Shown here piece after piece: positions 27,588 to 40,262 of a stretch of 64,000 nt of DNA. The DNA comes from Eledone cirrhosa (taxonomy: Eukaryota). The notes under the pieces were generated by a model, which was given only the letters and a program-made list of their open reading frames with translations, ran no database searches and had not been told where the DNA came from. The translations under genes were made by a program, and so were the position numbers. Where the stretch lies: NCBI GenBank assembly GCA_964016885.1, contig OZ024743.1, positions 296,112,001-296,176,000 of the forward strand, read 5' to 3'. Numbering within the stretch: position 1 is the first letter of the stretch; each line of letters starts with the position of its first letter.

Positions 27588-30174
27588 AGTGAGGGTACCC
27601 TTGAGACTGTGATAGGAAAACTCCAAGATAAGAAAACACCAGGAAGAGACATGATTGTCGGCTACTGGTACAAGAAACTAATATTCTATCGGAGGTATCT
27701 TACTGACCTCTACCAACAAATTCTTAAGGGAGATACACTTATACCAGAATGGTTGACATTAGAACAAACGTTACTGGTCCCCAAGAACAAAGACACCCAC
27801 TTGGCAAAAAACTACCGACCCATTGCATGCCAGAACCTAATGTATTGGGATGTATACAGCCTGCCTGAACCTATTCCTCCAAGATCACTGTGAAAATAAT
27901 AACATCATCACAGATGAACAAGCAGCTGGAAAGAAAAGGGTTTGGGGATATGCTGAACAACTCCTAATCAACAAAACTGCGATGTCGGAGGTGCGACAAC
28001 TTAGGAGGAATATGACTACAGTCTGGCTGGACTACAAGAAAGCTTTCGATTCTGTTCCTCACTCTTGGATGATAGAGGCCCTCCAACTTGCTAAAGTCCC
28101 AGACATTATTGTCAGAGCCATAGAGAGGCTGTCTTCTTCTTGGGCTACTATCCTAAGGTTAAAGACAGAGAGGGAGGACTCTATTTTCACTGATAAAATA
28201 AAATATTGCAGGGGTATATTACAGGGGGACAGTCTCTCTGTGATATTGTTCATCTTGTCATTAAACCCCTTGTCCTTTCTGCTCAAGAAATGTGAGGGAT
28301 ACATCATTGGCTCACAGGAGGACAGAAATACGAACCTAACCCATAACTTCTTTGTGGACGATCTGAAACTCTATGCCAAGGACATGGATGGGATGAAGAA
28401 AAATCTTGACCTGGTTACAACGTTCTCAAAGGATTTAGGAATGGAGTTTGGCCAAGATAAATGCTCATACATGACTGTAAAGCGGAGAAAAACAACAACC
28501 CAATCTAGCAACATTGTCATCAATGGTCTAACTGTTTCACCGATATCTGATGAGGACTGCTACAGATACCTGGGGATAGATGAGAACATATCCTATAATA
28601 GTATCTGTAATAAAGAACGCGTAACCAGGGAATACTACATCCGATTAAGAAAGATCTGGTCATCGGAACTCTCTGCGCAAAACAAAACAGTGGCTCACAA
28701 TGTGTTTGCTGTGCCTGTCCTAACACCAACGTTTGAAATACTCAATTGGACGATAGACGAAATCCGAGCAGTTGATGTTGGCACTCGAAAAATACTGAAC
28801 AACACCGGAAATTTCCACATCAACAGTGACATAGACCGCCTTTACTTGAAACGTAAGCAGGGAGGCAGAGGCCTAACATCAGTCCAGACAACATTTGAAT
28901 GTCGCATCATATCTCTCCGGCAACATCCACGAACCTCGAAGCGTAGGAGCCCGTTTCTCGAGCGAGTCTATTTGCATGAAACAGATAAGGTCATGAGAGT
29001 TGGGAAGGAACTCCTTGAGAGACATTCCTTGTGTGATAATCAAAAGCTCACACCCAGGGATGTCGCTCAGCAGTATCGCAGTGAATCCATGGATGAAAAA
29101 CTGCATGCCTATCAGCAACAAATCATGCATGGATATGTTGCCAGGAAGCTCCAGAGTGAGAGTAATATAGATAAGGAAAGTAGTCTATCTTGGACCAACA
29201 ACCGCTATATTGGCTCCCACTTTGAAGGATACGCTTTTGCAATCCAAGAACAGGAGATTAGCACGAAATAGCTGATTCACAAAAGAGATAGGGATGCAGG
29301 CAAAACACCTAGATGTGATAACAAGTGCAGACTCTGCAGAACTAACATCGAGGATATCACCCATGTCATCAGCAGCTGCCCAAAGATGTCATCGCGGTAC
29401 TATCTACCTATGAGGCATGATGTAGTGGCCAAAACACTGTACAATGCAGTTCGTAAAAAAGATAGCCCCGATAATAAACACATTAAAAGCTACAACAATG
29501 TGGAAGACATCCATGTACATAATATGAAAGAGTACTGGTGGAATGTTCCAGTAAAAACCCCAATAAAATGCAGGCATAACAGACCAGATATTATGATATG
29601 GGACAGGGAGAAGAAAACATGCACAGTAGTGGAAATTAGCTGCCCAGCAGATGCCAATATATTATCAAAGATTAGTGAAAAGGAGAATATTTATGGAGAA
29701 CTGATGAGAAATCTGCAAATACTCCACCCTGATTACACCTTCAGATTTATGCCTGTGATTATTGGGGCACTGGTATATGTTAGTAACTGCCTCAATACAA
29801 ATCTTGAGAAGCTAGGTTTCACAGGAACAGAAAGAACACAACTAGTTAGGAAATTACAAGTACAATCCATTAATGGAACAGTAAAAATATGTAAAACATT
29901 CCAAAAATGTTGCATCTAATAACTGCATATACACATGTACAGATACAAAGCATATACACATGCACACATACAACTCAAAACATACACATCCACACATACA
30001 ATAACATCCATATCTACACATGCATGCATTCAGACATACATACATATCTACCTACTTGATGTTGTGTAAATTCCAATGAGAGAGTCTTGTGTCTATGTTA
30101 GAAACCGACTCTCTCTCTATTGGTAAAGCTTTGTGAAATTATAAAACCAGAAGAACATATATATATATATATAT
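27588..30174 (+). mobile_element. 5'-truncated R4/Dong-type non-LTR retrotransposon
   Basis: RT motifs (WLDYKKAFDSVPH, GILQGDSLS, FVDD), CCHC finger, REL endonuclease (RHD..., RPDI...E...K), (AT)n tail, 26-bp TSD at 27562-27587 and 30175-30200. Confidence 0.92.
27609..29919 (+). pseudogene. Reverse transcriptase plus restriction-like endonuclease ORF with one frameshift (~27845) and one in-frame stop (29269-29271)
   Basis: ORFs 27609-27893, 27850-29271 and 29386-29919 are collinear pieces of one polyprotein. Confidence 0.9.
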
Positions 30175-30222
30175 ATAGGTAATAAAATGGAGTTGAAATA
30201 TAAAAGCTTCTTTTTCCCTTAC

Positions 30223-30280
<58 letters not shown>

Positions 30281-31511
30281 TGTGTGTATATATATGTATG
30301 AGTGTATTTAAGAAATAAGTATATCTAAATGAATTGATAGAGTCGTTCGAGTACAGAACAAAATTCTTTAAAGTATTTGTTCCAGTTTAACTCTACTTTT
30401 AATCGTCTTGGGTCCAATACAATAAAGTACATATCCAGGGTATTTATTTCGGCTCCTTTTACTTAGTGTTTCAATACGACTATAGCCTATTTAAGTGATA
30501 GATTTAATCCAGCGCGTGGATTAACGCCTCTACCTGGACTTTCTGTGCTTATAGCCGTGTCAACTATAATGCCAGAATTCTGACTATATGCCCGGTCAGG
30601 ATAACGTCCTCCCACCAAACTTGAGTGCTCTAAAAATGGATGTGAGTAATACATTTCCCTCCCTGATTAAATCGTGGAAAGAGTGTTGGAGCACTCAGAA
30701 AAATTGATACATGTGTAACTAGGGAAGAAGCTATTATTTACTTCATTTAGTTAGCAGTTATATATGGCATATATTCTACAACAAAACACAGGTATTTTGC
30801 TCATCTTGAGAGGCTAACAACAGATGGGAATACATACATTTTCCTTTTTCTAATGTGTAAAGACACAGGCCAAACAAAGGAATCGAACTCGAAACTTCAT
30901 GATTACAAAGCAAACATTTATAATCCCTTAGCCATGGCTGAATCCATAATTTATGACCATAATAACCTTTGGTAGAGAATGAACTTTACATGGTCTCATT
31001 CACCCCTTACAGCTACTACAGATATACAGTCATATACACGAAATCAAAAATAAAAATGTTTATCTAGTTATAAAATGATACCAAGGCAGGATAGAATATA
31101 TAAATATTAAGCAGTAAAACTAAGTTTGTTTTCCATGGGGCTGAAGGAGGGTCTATAATAAAACTTCTAAGCGCAATAAATTAAAGCTATATAGTCATAA
31201 AAATCGATTTATAGGCAGGAATCATAAACTACCTATGATTGGTATTGGCGAAAATTACCTTTGAAAATAAAAACACCAACAGTGAGTTAAGTATAAAAAG
31301 TAGTAGTGGAGGCAACAAAATGAAAATGATATCATTTACACAAGTAAAATGAAGAACTGCTAAACCAAATATATAACAAATATGATATGAAAACAAAGTT
31401 TCAAGAAAAGTTTATTAATAGGGTAATAAATATCGGTACTTCTAGATTCTTGACTCATTCCTAATACCTTATATATATATGTGTGTGTTTGTGTTTGTGT
31501 GCGTGTTTGTT

Positions 31512-31585
<74 letters not shown>

Positions 31586-31687
31586 GCTCTGTATGTGTGC
31601 AGGCAGTTGTATGTTTGTGTGTATGGATATATACAGATGTATATGTTTTGACACAGAAATCCCAACAATGTCGCAGTTGCTCTCCTG

Positions 31688-31752
<65 letters not shown>

Positions 31753-32209
31753 CACATACTGTATATATATAATATATATAATTGTTTCTACTTTTGGCAC
31801 CAGGCCAGCAATTATCTCAGTGCATTACTGGTACTTTATATATAATATATATATATATAAGAGAAATAAGATTTCGCTTCAGCATAGCTTTATACAATAT
31901 GTATAGAATTTTCGTATTTCTAAAGAAATACAGTTTTAGTCGAGAAAACTATATATTCTCGACTGTTTTCAAGTCCAGCAGTAACAAGCGGTGGGCGGGA
32001 TCGTCCTGACGAAGGCCAGTCAAGCCTCAAATGCAAAGACGGTTATCCCCCTTGCTTCTGCTGGAAAACCAACAGAGGGCGTTAGAAACTTTCGCAGTTA
32101 TCTCCCTTACGCCTCTCGCACGCAATTTAGTATTGCCTGTGTGAAGTGATCGTTTCTGCGCATGAGCATTCGTACGGTCGTCCTTCCTGTTCCGTATAAA
32201 CATGTCCAT

Positions 32210-32252
32210 TACGAGCTGAGGATCCGCTAAGGTGAAACAATTGTTCTTAGTA
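32210..32252 (+). ncRNA. Type I minimal hammerhead ribozyme (PLE pLTR family shared with 52643)
   Basis: acgag CTGAGGA tccgctaaggt GAAA caattg TT cttagt; palindromic ACAATTGT helix III; helix I partly decayed. Confidence 0.65.
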
Positions 32253-32457
32253 TGGTGAACTAACTGTTGTGTAACCACTTCTACCTAACTCGTCCCATGG
32301 ACTGAGTGCTCTACCACTACGGATATTACCTTCCAGTGTTCTACCACTATATATATATATGTATATATATGTATATATATTTATATATATGTATATATAT
32401 GTATATATGTATATATATGTATATATGTATATATATGTATATATATGTATATATGTA

Positions 32458-32508
<51 letters not shown>

Positions 32509-32537
32509 TTATATATATGTATATATGTATATATGTA

Positions 32538-32568
<31 letters not shown>

Positions 32569-32634
32569 ATGTATATATATATATATGTGTGTGTATGTGT
32601 GTGTATAATGTATATATATATATATACATTATAT

Positions 32635-32686
<52 letters not shown>

Positions 32687-32688
<2 letters not shown>

Positions 32689-32839
32689 CGAAGGAAATGT
32701 GGTAAGGAACCAGGTGGACCATAACGCACCAAAGTACTTAATACTTAGGGTAGTAGAGTGGGTAATAGGAACGAGTAGGACCCCGTCCAGAATTAGCCGT
32801 CGAAACGGCTTGAGCTCAGCCGTCGGGGTCCTACTCGTT

Positions 32840-32842
<3 letters not shown>
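32687..32842. mobile_element. PLE pLTR fragment with internal inversion (family of 45767-48216)
   Basis: aacgaaggaaatgtggtaagg...ggaccccg joined to an inverted ccagaattagccgtcgaaacgg... segment, within (TA)n. Confidence 0.75.
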
Positions 32843-32904
<62 letters not shown>

Positions 32905-33095
32905 TTGCTCTACGGTTCTTATATAGTTGATATATATTTATCCTTATCGAGCCTTCTTTGGATTTTAGTCTTCAAATTTATTATTATTACTATAAGGTTA
33001 ACTTTGCCTTTCATCCTTACGGGGTGAGATAAAATAAAGTACCAGTAATGTACTGGATAATTGCTGGCCTTGTGCCAAAAAGTAGAAACAATTAC

Positions 33096-33126
<31 letters not shown>

Positions 33127-33860
33127 ATTTTATATATGTATATATATTTTATATATATATATATTATATATATATGTGTATTTTATATATATATATTTGA
33201 TATATATATATACTTGTGCGTACATATATAAATATATATATACATATGTATGGATTTGTGTGTGTAGATGTGTGTGTGTCTGAGGGGTTAGGTATGAGTG
33301 TATGTTTAAGTCAAACAACATAAGCCTTTTATGTCTAAATTTTCTAAACTATCTAAGTATTTGACTCTAACCATTATTTTAAGTATTACCACCAAACATT
33401 AATTCCTCAATTTGTATGTGTGGATGTGTGTGTGTGTCTGTGGAGGTGCGTGTGAGTGTACGTGCAAGCCAACCTACATAAGTCTTTTTATTTGTAAATT
33501 TTCTACTCTAACCATAATTTTCAGTGGCACCACTCCACATAAATTCCTCAATTTAAGAATGACCTGTAGTATCTATTTCATACTATTAACCTTCATTGAA
33601 TATATATCTGACCAGGAATGCTTTTTGTGAAAATCAGTCATATGGAACTATTGTCATCTTGCCTGACGGTTTGAACTTTACAACACAACCTGCCTCTTTG
33701 AGGTCAAATACCAACCCTACTAGCATCTACAAACTGACCAATTAGAATTAAGACTATTCCTGCTGACAACATTAAATTATTCCTAACAATCTCATATGTC
33801 CCAATGCTCTGATACCATCAACACTATAAACACAGAGCTGGCAAATCTAAGACCTGACGA

Positions 33861-33916
33861 ACTGCCTGATGAAGTCATAGCCATTCAATGGCTCTCATCG
33901 AAATATATATAGCAGT
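33861..33916 (+). ncRNA. Type I minimal hammerhead ribozyme
   Basis: actgc CTGATGA [agccatt/aatggct stem] c GAAA tatata TA gcagt; followed by aataaa. Confidence 0.75.
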
Positions 33917-34037
33917 AAATAAAGGATTATGAGTTCATGCAATTGACTTATGTTTCGTCACTATATATATATATCTATATATATAACTGAACAAAAAAGA
34001 AAAAACGAACACAGACATATATGTGTTCAATATGCTT

Positions 34038-34090
<53 letters not shown>

Positions 34091-34097
<7 letters not shown>

Positions 34098-35220
34098 ATA
34101 CTTTGGGAGGGTCATGTTGCCAATAAGAAACACACGCACCAGTTGCTTTCACTTCAATTCATTATATATACAAATTTAGAAAGGCCCTAAATAAACATAA
34201 TCTCAATATTAAGATAGTAGAAAGACCTGGTACCTCCGTAAAAACACTTATTAGCAAGACATACCCGTTCCAAAGACCCTCATGTATAGATAAGAAATGT
34301 ATAACCTGTAAAATAAGCCCCCATATTAACTGTAAAACTAGAAATGTAGTGTATAGCATAAGATGTACTGAAGGACAATGTAGAAACAAAAATATAGTGT
34401 ACATAGGTGAGACAGCTCGTAGTATAGGGGAACGAATAAATGAACACTGGCGAGACCTCCAAGATAATAAAGAATCATCTGTGCTCTACCAACATGCTAA
34501 GATAGAACACAGGGTAGATTAGAGAGCATAGAAATAAAAATAGAATCCACGCACAGAAAAGACGCAATGTTTAGGCAAATTACAGAGGCAGTAAGCATAA
34601 AAGAATTAAAACCAAAATTAAATAGAAAATATGAGTGGAACAGCAACATCACAACTTACAATTAAGGACAAAATGAAAACACACACACACATAGAACAAA
34701 CAACTTACAATTGAAAACACACACAAAATGAAAACACACACAGGACAAAATGAAAACACACACACACATAGAACAAACAACCAACCAACAATAAATAAAT
34801 AAACAAATAGAAAAATGAACACAAACACACACAGACACCCGGATGTGGCACATGCGCAAACTGAGCACACAACACACACACAGAAACAAAATGGCGTAGG
34901 ATAGAAGAAAGAAAAGGCACAGAAACGAAGAAAGGAATCCCCAGTCACTGAAGAGGTCACAGAGTGTGTGACGAAAGGACTATGACTATATATATAAACA
35001 ACTTTCTGGTTGTGGAACCAACCAACCAACCAGAAATTTATAATTTATAAGTTTGTAGATTTGTAAATTTATGAATTTATAAATATATAATAAATTGAAG
35101 TGAAAGCAACTGGTGCGTGTGTTTCTTATTGGCAACATGACCCTCCCAAAGTATAACAATATCGGTTTCAACACACGATTTCAGATAAAGAATCTTGCTA
35201 AACAAATTCAGAAACGATAT
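34091..35220 (+). mobile_element. 5'-truncated Penelope-like element (GIY-YIG fragment plus pLTR) with inverted 5' pLTR
   Basis: ~34172-34640 translates CKTRNVVYSIRC...VYIGETARSIGERINEH; 34091-34169 is the reverse complement of ~35085-35162. Confidence 0.85.
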
Positions 35221-35233
35221 ATATATATATATA

Positions 35234-37583
35234 TTGGAATAAATGCTCTGAAATAGCGATATATATGTGAATATAGACATAGAATATTCGAAAATATTCT
35301 GTATGTTTATAATAAACATTTTGAAGACCTAATCGCTATAGAATAGAATACGTCACGTATTACAATTAGATTCTCGATAAAAGCAAGGGAAGTAATCTAC
35401 GCGTTTCATTCTTGTTAGAAATCATCAGGACTACATATCCAGTGCTTTTATCGAGAATGACACAGCTAGAGACTTATAGAATACTTAGCTGTGTTCCTGT
35501 ACACAGCTAAGTATTCTATAAGTCTCTAGCTGTGTCATTCTCGATAAAAGCACTGGATATGTAGTCCTGATGATTTCTAACAAGAATGAAACGCGTAGAT
35601 TACTTCCCTTGCTTTTATCGAGAATCTAATTGTAATACGTGACGTATTCTATTCTATAGCGATTAGGTCTTCAAAATGTTTATTATAAACATACAGAATA
35701 TTTTCGAATATTCTATGTCTATATTCACATATATATCGCTATTTCAGAGCATTTATTCCAATTTCTAATTTCTGCCGGACCGGCAACCGCTCTTTCAAAC
35801 CAGTTCCTGTACACAGCTAAGTATTCTATAAGTCTCTAGCTGTGTCATTCTCGATAAAAGCACTGGATATGTAGTCCTGATGAATTCTAACAAGAATGAA
35901 ACGCGTAGATTACTTCCCTTGCTTTTATCGAGAATCTAATTGTAATACGTGACGTATTCTATTCTATAGCGATTAGGTCTTCAAAATGTTTATTATAAAC
36001 ATACAGAATATTTTCGAATATTCTATGTCTATATTCACATATATATCGCTATTTCAGAGCATTTATTCCAATTTCTAATTTCTGCCGGACCGGCAACCGC
36101 TCTTTCAAACCAGTTCCTGTACACAGCTAAGTATTCTATAAGTCTCTAGCTGTGTCATTCTCGATAAAAGCACTGGATATGTAGTCCTGATGATTTCTAA
36201 CAAGAATGAAACGCGTAGATTACTTCCCTTGCTTTTATCGAGAATCTAATTGTAATACGTGACGTATTCTATTCTATAGCGATTAGGTCTTCAAAATGTT
36301 TATTATAAACATACAGAATATTTTCGAATATTCTATGTCTATATTCACATATATATCGCTATTTCAGAGCATTTATTCCAATTTCTAATTTCTGCCGGAC
36401 CGGCAACCGCTCTTTCAAACCAGTTCCTGTACACAGCTAAGTATTCTATAAGTCTCTAGCTGTGTCATTCTCGATAAAAGCACTGGATATGTAGTCCTGA
36501 TGATTTCTAACAAGAATGAAACGCGTAGATTACTTCCCTTGCTTTTATCGAGAATCTAATTGTAATACGTGACGTATTCTATTCTATAGCGATTAGGTCT
36601 TCAAAATGTTTATTATAAACATACAGAATATTTTCGAATATTCTATGTCTATATTCACATATATATCGCTATTTCAGAGCATTTATTCCAATTTCTAATT
36701 TCTGCCGGACCGGCAACCGCTCTTTCAAACCAGTTCCTGTACACAGCTAAGTATTCTATAAGTCTCTAGCTGTGTCATTCTCGATAAAAGCACTGGATAT
36801 GTAGTCCTGATGATTTCTAACAAGAATGAAACGCGTAGATTACTTCCCTTGCTTTTATCGAGAATCTAATTGTAATACGTGACGTATTCTATTCTATAGC
36901 GATTAGGTCTTCAAAATGTTTATTATAAACATACAGAATATTTTCGAATATTCTATGTCTATATTCACATATATATCGCTATTTCAGAGCATTTATTCCA
37001 ATTTCTAATTTCTGCCGGACCGGCAACCGCTCTTTCAAACCAGTTCCTGTACACAGCTAAGTATTCTATAAGTCTCTAGCTGTGTCATTCTCGATAAAAG
37101 CACTGGATATGTAGTCCTGATGATTTCTAACAAGAATGAAACGCGTAGATTACTTCCCTTGCTTTTATCGAGAATCTAATTGTAATACGTGACGTATTCT
37201 ATTCTATAGCGATTAGGTCTTCAAAATGTTTATTATAAACATACAGAATATTTTCGAATATTCTATGTCTATATTCACATATATATCGCTATTTCAGAGC
37301 ATTTATTCCAATTTCTAATTTCTGCCGGACCGGCAACCGCTCTTTCAAACCAGTTCCTGTACACAGCTAAGTATTCTATAAGTCTCTAGCTGTGTCATTC
37401 TCGATAAAAGCACTGGATATGTAGTCCTGATGATTTCTAACAAGAATGAAACGCGTAGATTACTTCCCTTGCTTTTATCGAGAATCTAATTGTAATACGT
37501 GACGTATTCTATTCTATAGCGATTAGGTCTTCAAAATGTTTATTATAAACATACAGAATATTTTCGAATATTCTATGTCTATA

Positions 37584-37587
<4 letters not shown>
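35234..37587 (+). repeat. 310-bp tandem array (6 full units plus 1 partial) with a ~260-bp inverted partial copy at the 5' end; retrozyme-like
   Basis: Units start at 35493, 35803, 36113, 36423, 36733, 37043 and 37353; flanked by (TA)n on both sides. Confidence 0.95.
35537..35625 (+). ncRNA. Type I hammerhead ribozyme with extended helix I (recurs every 310 bp, 7 sense copies; minus-strand copy with core at 35392-35434)
   Basis: gtagtc CTGATGA tttc taacaa gaat GAAA cgcg TA gattac; distal 16-bp perfect stem attctcgataaaagca / tgcttttatcgagaat. Confidence 0.9.
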
Positions 37588-37622
<35 letters not shown>

Positions 37623-37628
<6 letters not shown>

Positions 37629-38655
37629 AAGTTTGTCCTCATCAGTCGTCATCCAACCGTCGTAGGCATTTCCTCGCATTAAAGGCCATATACCTCAGGT
37701 TGGTGCGAGCAACGGCTAAAAAAAAAGTCGTTGGGACACGTAAATAAGGGGGACGCTAGGGTAAACGAACAAAATGGTTTAAGCAGCAGAAAGTGATGAA
37801 GAAGGAAACAAGTCCCAGATTTCTGTGAATATAAATTCGGTGGAATCGTGAACGAGAGAATAAAAACCATCAAACCTGGTTGAAATGTGAGCAAGGAAGG
37901 AATTTTGCACAGGTCTAACGGGAGGAAGAAGGGGTCTTGTCTGCGAATTCGGTAAACATAAGTTCTGTGAAGTCGCAGACGAGAAAGAGAGAGAAAAAAA
38001 ATTCATACCGGCTTGGCCAAGTGCCCGCGAGAAAAGGATTATGGACAGGTCAAACGGGAAGAAAGGGGAGGAGGAGAGGTAGTGACAGTGAGTGAGTGAA
38101 AGGTGAGGAAGAGGCTAACAGAGAGAGAGACTGCTAGAAAGGGTAAAGACACAAAGTACGAAACAGACTGGTGGCAGCGGAGGAAAAAATATGTGTAAAT
38201 ATGATAATAATGGAGCTGCGGCGCTGCAAATTGGTTACATATGAAAAAGTTTGTCCTCATCAGTGGCCATCCAACCGTCGTAGGCATTTCGTCGCATTAA
38301 AGGCCATATACCTCAGGTTGGTGCGAGCAACGGCTAAAAAAAAAGTCGTTGGGACACGTAAATAAGGGGGACGCTAGGGATTCTCTCGTTTACGATTCCA
38401 CCGAATTTATATTCATAGAAATCTGGGACTTGTTTCCTTCTTCATCACTTTCTGCTGCTTAAACCATTTTGTTCGTTTACCCTAGCGTCCCCCTTATTTA
38501 CGTGTCCCAACGACTTTTTTTAGCCATTGCTCGCACCAACCTGAGGTATATGGCCTTTAATGCGACGAAATGCCTACGACGGTTGGATGGCCACTGATGA
38601 GGACAAACGTTTTCATATGTAACCCATTTGCAGCGCCGCAGCTCCATTATTATCA
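37623..38655. mobile_element. Non-autonomous PLE-like repeat with direct and inverted terminal segments
   Basis: 37623-37762 recurs directly at ~38240-38379; 38380-38655 is inverted; another copy at ~63097-63300. Confidence 0.6.
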
Positions 38656-38679
38656 TATATATATATATATATATATATA

Positions 38680-38901
38680 GTGGTTTCCCCCTCTCCCTCT
38701 TTGTTCTACCTCCCACTAAATGCCATGATAGAATCATCTGTCTTTACAACAAATGTTTTACCAATCCTTTTGACAATTACCATCTTCGCATATAAGGATT
38801 ACCCCCTTCGGCTATTTATTTACCAGGCTAAAAATTCTTATTTATTCCAGAATTAGCCGTCGAAACGGCTTGAGCTCTGCCGTCGGGGTCATACTTGTTC
38901 C

Positions 38902-38903
<2 letters not shown>
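38680..38903 (+). mobile_element. Solo PLE pLTR with internal deletions (family of 45767-48216)
   Basis: Matches 47967-48216. Confidence 0.8.
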
Positions 38904-38946
<43 letters not shown>

Positions 38947-38956
38947 ACATATATAT

Positions 38957-39928
38957 ATAAAGAATTAGTATATCTACCAACATATATATACAGATGCATA
39001 CCTATGCTAGCAAATATATAGATTTTGTCTTAGTAACTGTGTGGTTCAATGCAAGGGGATGCAGAACAATTATATGAAAGACGTAAAATAAGAAAATTAT
39101 AAAAATTAAATTATTTACTAAAATTTCACTCCAACTAATTAGTTTCTGAAAGGGAATAAACATGGTTTCCGAATGAAACAACATGGAGAAAAATCCTTTC
39201 GTCATCAGGGAGGTCTATTCTCAGCTAAGTTCCCAGGCAATGCGTGGACACAGGGAACTTATACAAAAATAATTCAGTGGATGGAAAAGAGCAAGCGAGG
39301 ACTAAATTCCAGGACATTGAAAAAATCACTGCCTACTTGGTCGGTGGCAAATTCAAAAGAATCAATCACGTGACATCGAGGTTAATCAGTGAGGAGTGGG
39401 GTTCTAATAAGACAGTAGCCTGACTATTACTATGAACCATAGTAGTAGTTTTGGCAAATTTTTGCTCAACAAAATAATTTGGAGATAATTATAAAGAATT
39501 AGTATATCTACCAACATATATATACAGATGCATACCTATGCTAGCAAATATATAGGTTTTGTCTTAGTAACTTTGTGATTCAATGCAAGGGGATGCAGAA
39601 CAATTATATGAAAGACGTAAAATAAGAAAATTATAAAAATTAACTTACTTACTAAAATTTCACTCCAACTAATTAGTTTCTGAAAAGGAATAAACATGGT
39701 TTCCGAATTTAGTCCTCGCTTGCTTTTTTCCATCCACTGAATTATTTTTGTATAAGTTCCCTGTGTCCACGCATTGCCTGGGAGCTTAGCTGAGAATAGA
39801 CCTCCCTGATGACGAAAGGATTTTTCTCCATGTTGTTTCATTCGGAAACCATGTTTGTTCCCTTTCAGAAACTAATTAGTTGGAGTGAAATCTTAGTAAG
39901 TTAATTTTTATAATTTTCTTATTTTACC
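38957..39928. mobile_element. Scrambled repeat with direct and inverted duplications, PLE-pLTR-like
   Basis: 38957-39172 recurs at ~39492-39706; ~39090-39308 is inverted at ~39706-39928. Confidence 0.6.
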
Positions 39929-39934
39929 TCTTTC

Positions 39935-40262
<328 letters not shown>

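Noticed and set aside
32002-32041. Functional hammerhead (cgtc CTGACGA aggc...gcct caaa tgca aa gacg)
   Set aside because: GAAA and the NUH site are both mutated; at best a dead remnant.
35493-37587. CRISPR array or ordinary satellite
   Set aside because: Units are identical with no unique spacers and the context is eukaryotic; the embedded hammerhead explains the array better.
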